From: Candidatus Poribacteria bacterium
Lineage (GTDB): Bacteria > Poribacteria > WGA-4E > PCPOR2b
Direction: 5' to 3'
Length of the DNA stretch: 64,000 nucleotides
NCBI GenBank assembly: GCA_965208325.1
Contig: OZ242326.1
Span: 2,912,001 to 2,976,000, forward strand
Below the pieces are notes generated by a model. It saw only the letters and a program-made list of their open reading frames with translations. It was not told where the DNA came from and searched no databases. The position numbers were made by a program, and so were the translations under genes. Positions 61,617-64,000 of the stretch are shown one piece after another (the first letter of the stretch is position 1; each line of letters begins with the position of its first letter).

Positions 61617-64000
61617 ATGCAACGATTTCCCCGGATTTTTGTCCTATATTTTGCTCTATACTCCTCAATTTTCAATGTAATTGCTCAGAGCGGTTCCTAT
61701 GAATCAACAAACTCCCGGAAGGACGAAAACATCCACCCGCTCGCTCAAGACGTTCAAATCATCCCGGCGCCTATCACAGAATCAACTAACTCACAAGTAC
61801 GTTCAACAGTGCCCCGCCAATCAAAAGATTGGAACGCGATTATCAGGTCAGTCGGCATCCGACCCGATGCTGAGAAGTGTCTGGATTGTCACTTCAAAGG
61901 GCAGTCTTCGACGACGCGGCACCCCGGAAATCACCTGAATCTCCACCGCGTGGAGATATTCGGCTGTACGCTCTGCCATGGCGGAGATGCAGGGGCGTCC
62001 GAGATGAGCCAAGCGCACTCATCTACAGCCGAATTACCGTTTTTTAGTGGACGTCGCGTGGAGGCGGCTTGCGGAAAATGCCACACCGCACCAGCGGTGC
62101 CGGGCGCGCTCTCGCTCTCCGGCGGTAGGTTTGTGTTAAATAAATACGGATGTGTGACATGCCACGACCTCCCCATAGAAATTCCCGCAGTGCGGTATGC
62201 GCCTAGTCTTGATACCATTGGCAATAAAGTCACAAGATCATGGCTGAGGCAGTGGCTTGAAGATCCAACAACCTATCTTAAAGAATCAAAGATGCCAAAA
62301 ATCGAGATGTCTCAGCATGAACGCGAAGCCATCGTCGAATTTCTACTGACCCTACGGAATGACGGACTTTTCCAAGTGATTGATGGAACAGGTGACGCCG
62401 AAAATGGCAGGAAAATCTTCGCGGCGAACGAATGCCAAGCGTGTCATGAATCGAATGGAGTAAACGACAACCCAGGTCCCAATCTTGAACGGGTCGGGAC
62501 GAAAATAAACCGCTTGTGGCTCATAACCTATCTCCGAAACCCCGCGGCACTCCATCCACGTACAAAAATGCCGGACTACGAGTTTTCAGATCAGGAAATT
62601 CTAGATGTGAGCGAATATCTGTTGACCCGATTTTCTGATGGCAAAACCCCAATGGAAACATTCCCTGATTATGTTTCCAATCCCTCCAAAGCGAGCGAAG
62701 GTTTTAAACACTACATCAGCAACGGATGCGCTCAGTGCCACGGCATTACAAAATATATGGGGGTGAACATCACTGAAAAACTGAAGGCGCGGGATATTGA
62801 GGAAGCCATAGCGCGAATTCGTGCGCATCGCGGAGTACACATGCAAACCCCGCAAATTGACATTCCCGAGTCGTACCTGGAATTGATGAAGAACCCCCTT
62901 TTGGCAATGCAACAAAACGACAAATATCAATTGCTCAGATTCAATATAGAAGGGCAATCCCAAGAAGATGTAAGCGAATTCTTGTCGAAATTCTGGCAAT
63001 TCCCAATCCCGCTTCAGGGCGAACCGCCCGAATATTACAACAATACGGTGACACCGCTCGCCTCTGAATCCTGCGGAAATTGCCATGCAAAACAGTGGGA
63101 AGATTGGAAATCCACCCGTCATGCGATAGCGATGGGACCTGGGATTTGGGGACAGTTAGTCGGCCAGACTCCCCGTTATATTGACAGTTGCTCTCCATGC
63201 CATGCGCCATTATCCGAACAACATCAGCATTTACCAACGCCGAAAGGCGGACACGCCGTGAATCAACTGTATGATGCAAAACTACAATCTCAAGGGCTTG
63301 CTTGTGCCGCGTGTCACGTCCGATCACACCAGCGGTTTGGTCCCCCTTTCTCAGAAACTGCAGCCGCAGCAAGCGTTTTTGGCGAAGGACACCACGGCGG
63401 TGCCGTAGCCAACCGCGCATACGAAGACTCCGCCTTCTGCAAACCGTGCCATCAGTTTGAACCGAACGGGTTCAGTCTGAATGGCAAACTTCTAGAAAAT
63501 ACGTACAATGAGTGGCTTGAAAGCCCTCACGCCCAACAGGGAGAAACCTGCCAATCGTGCCACATGCCGAACCGCCGTCATCAATGGCGCGGCATACACG
63601 ATTCCGAAACTGTACGAAACGCCCTCAAATTAGATGTCGAGGTAATGAATCAACACAAAACCATAGAAGCCGACATTCGGTTGACAAATGCTGGAGCAGG
63701 CCACTACTTGCCAACCTACATCACGCCCGCGATATTTGTCAAGGTGCGGCAACTGGATTCAGCCGGAAATCCTGTTCCCGGCACCGACCAGATGCGCGCC
63801 ATTCAACGGCGGGCGCCAGTGTCGTTAAACCGGGAAATCTTTGACACACGCATCCCGCCGGGCGGGACATGGGTGTATACCTACAACATTTCAAAATCCG
63901 AAGGGGCGAAATCCCTCGAAATCCGCATTGATGTCCATCCCGACCACTTCTATAACGGTTTTTTTAAGATATTCCGCGCAAAATCCCCGGAGGCGCAAAA
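61617..64000 (+). CDS. multiheme cytochrome c (>=11 CxxCH), 3' end beyond the window
   Basis: open frame from ATG 61617 with a signal-like N-terminus: CLDCH, CTLCH, CGKCH, CVTCH, CQACH, CAQCH, CGNCH, CSPCH, CAACH, CKPCH, CQSCH. Confidence 0.9.
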   Translation, partial: MQRFPRIFVLYFALYSSIFNVIAQSGSYESTNSRKDENIHPLAQDVQIIPAPITESTNSQVRSTVPRQSKDWNAIIRSVGIRPDAEKCLDCHFKGQSSTTRHPGNHLNLHRVEIFGCTLCHGGDAGASEMSQAHSSTAELPFFSGRRVEAACGKCHTAPAVPGALSLSGGRFVLNKYGCVTCHDLPIEIPAVRYAPSLDTIGNKVTRSWLRQWLEDPTTYLKESKMPKIEMSQHEREAIVEFLLTLRNDGLFQVIDGTGDAENGRKIFAANECQACHESNGVNDNPGPNLERVGTKINRLWLITYLRNPAALHPRTKMPDYEFSDQEILDVSEYLLTRFSDGKTPMETFPDYVSNPSKASEGFKHYISNGCAQCHGITKYMGVNITEKLKARDIEEAIARIRAHRGVHMQTPQIDIPESYLELMKNPLLAMQQNDKYQLLRFNIEGQSQEDVSEFLSKFWQFPIPLQGEPPEYYNNTVTPLASESCGNCHAKQWEDWKSTRHAIAMGPGIWGQLVGQTPRYIDSCSPCHAPLSEQHQHLPTPKGGHAVNQLYDAKLQSQGLACAACHVRSHQRFGPPFSETAAAASVFGEGHHGGAVANRAYEDSAFCKPCHQFEPNGFSLNGKLLENTYNEWLESPHAQQGETCQSCHMPNRRHQWRGIHDSETVRNALKLDVEVMNQHKTIEADIRLTNAGAGHYLPTYITPAIFVKVRQLDSAGNPVPGTDQMRAIQRRAPVSLNREIFDTRIPPGGTWVYTYNISKSEGAKSLEIRIDVHPDHFYNGFFKIFRAKSPEAQ

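Noticed and set aside
61681..63844. Short ORF-track calls in 61.7-63.8 kb
   Set aside because: They are shadows of the long multiheme cytochrome frame starting at 61617

Overview
Bacterial chromosomal window. By inference it resembles Candidatus Poribacteria: a PD40 protein with a C-terminal 'SVSPVEKRILAWGWLKQ' tail, two paralogous DUF6785-type membrane proteins, HEAT-repeat proteins and dense GTAGGTTGGG repeats. A housekeeping core spans about 17-43 kb: a PorV-like gene with a large secreted protein, a TPP riboswitch-thiC-thiO-thiS unit, guaA, pcrA, gatC, gatA, ctpA and hisF. Accessory regions flank it. The left region (1-17 kb) has co-oriented small genes separated by a recurring long palindromic element, two dif-like sites, a triple-HTH gene with a strong promoter and short terminated RNA upstream, REP/MITE clusters, a herA-nurA pair and chimeric pseudogenes. 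The right region (43-64 kb) has an exonuclease-RecQ-UvrD fusion and a duplicated locus in which a Sec signal peptide is fused directly to the last ~37 aa of an RHS core plus an HExxH metallopeptidase ('cage-less' RHS). That gene is translationally coupled to an exported transglutaminase-like protein and followed by exported HEAT/Ig and SUKH proteins. Further right are a Cre-like recombinase remnant, a selenocysteine (UxxC) HMA lipoprotein with a SECIS-like hairpin, and an 11-heme cytochrome c that runs off the window. The ORF track splits or misses the last two. All calls were made by eye; no searches were run.
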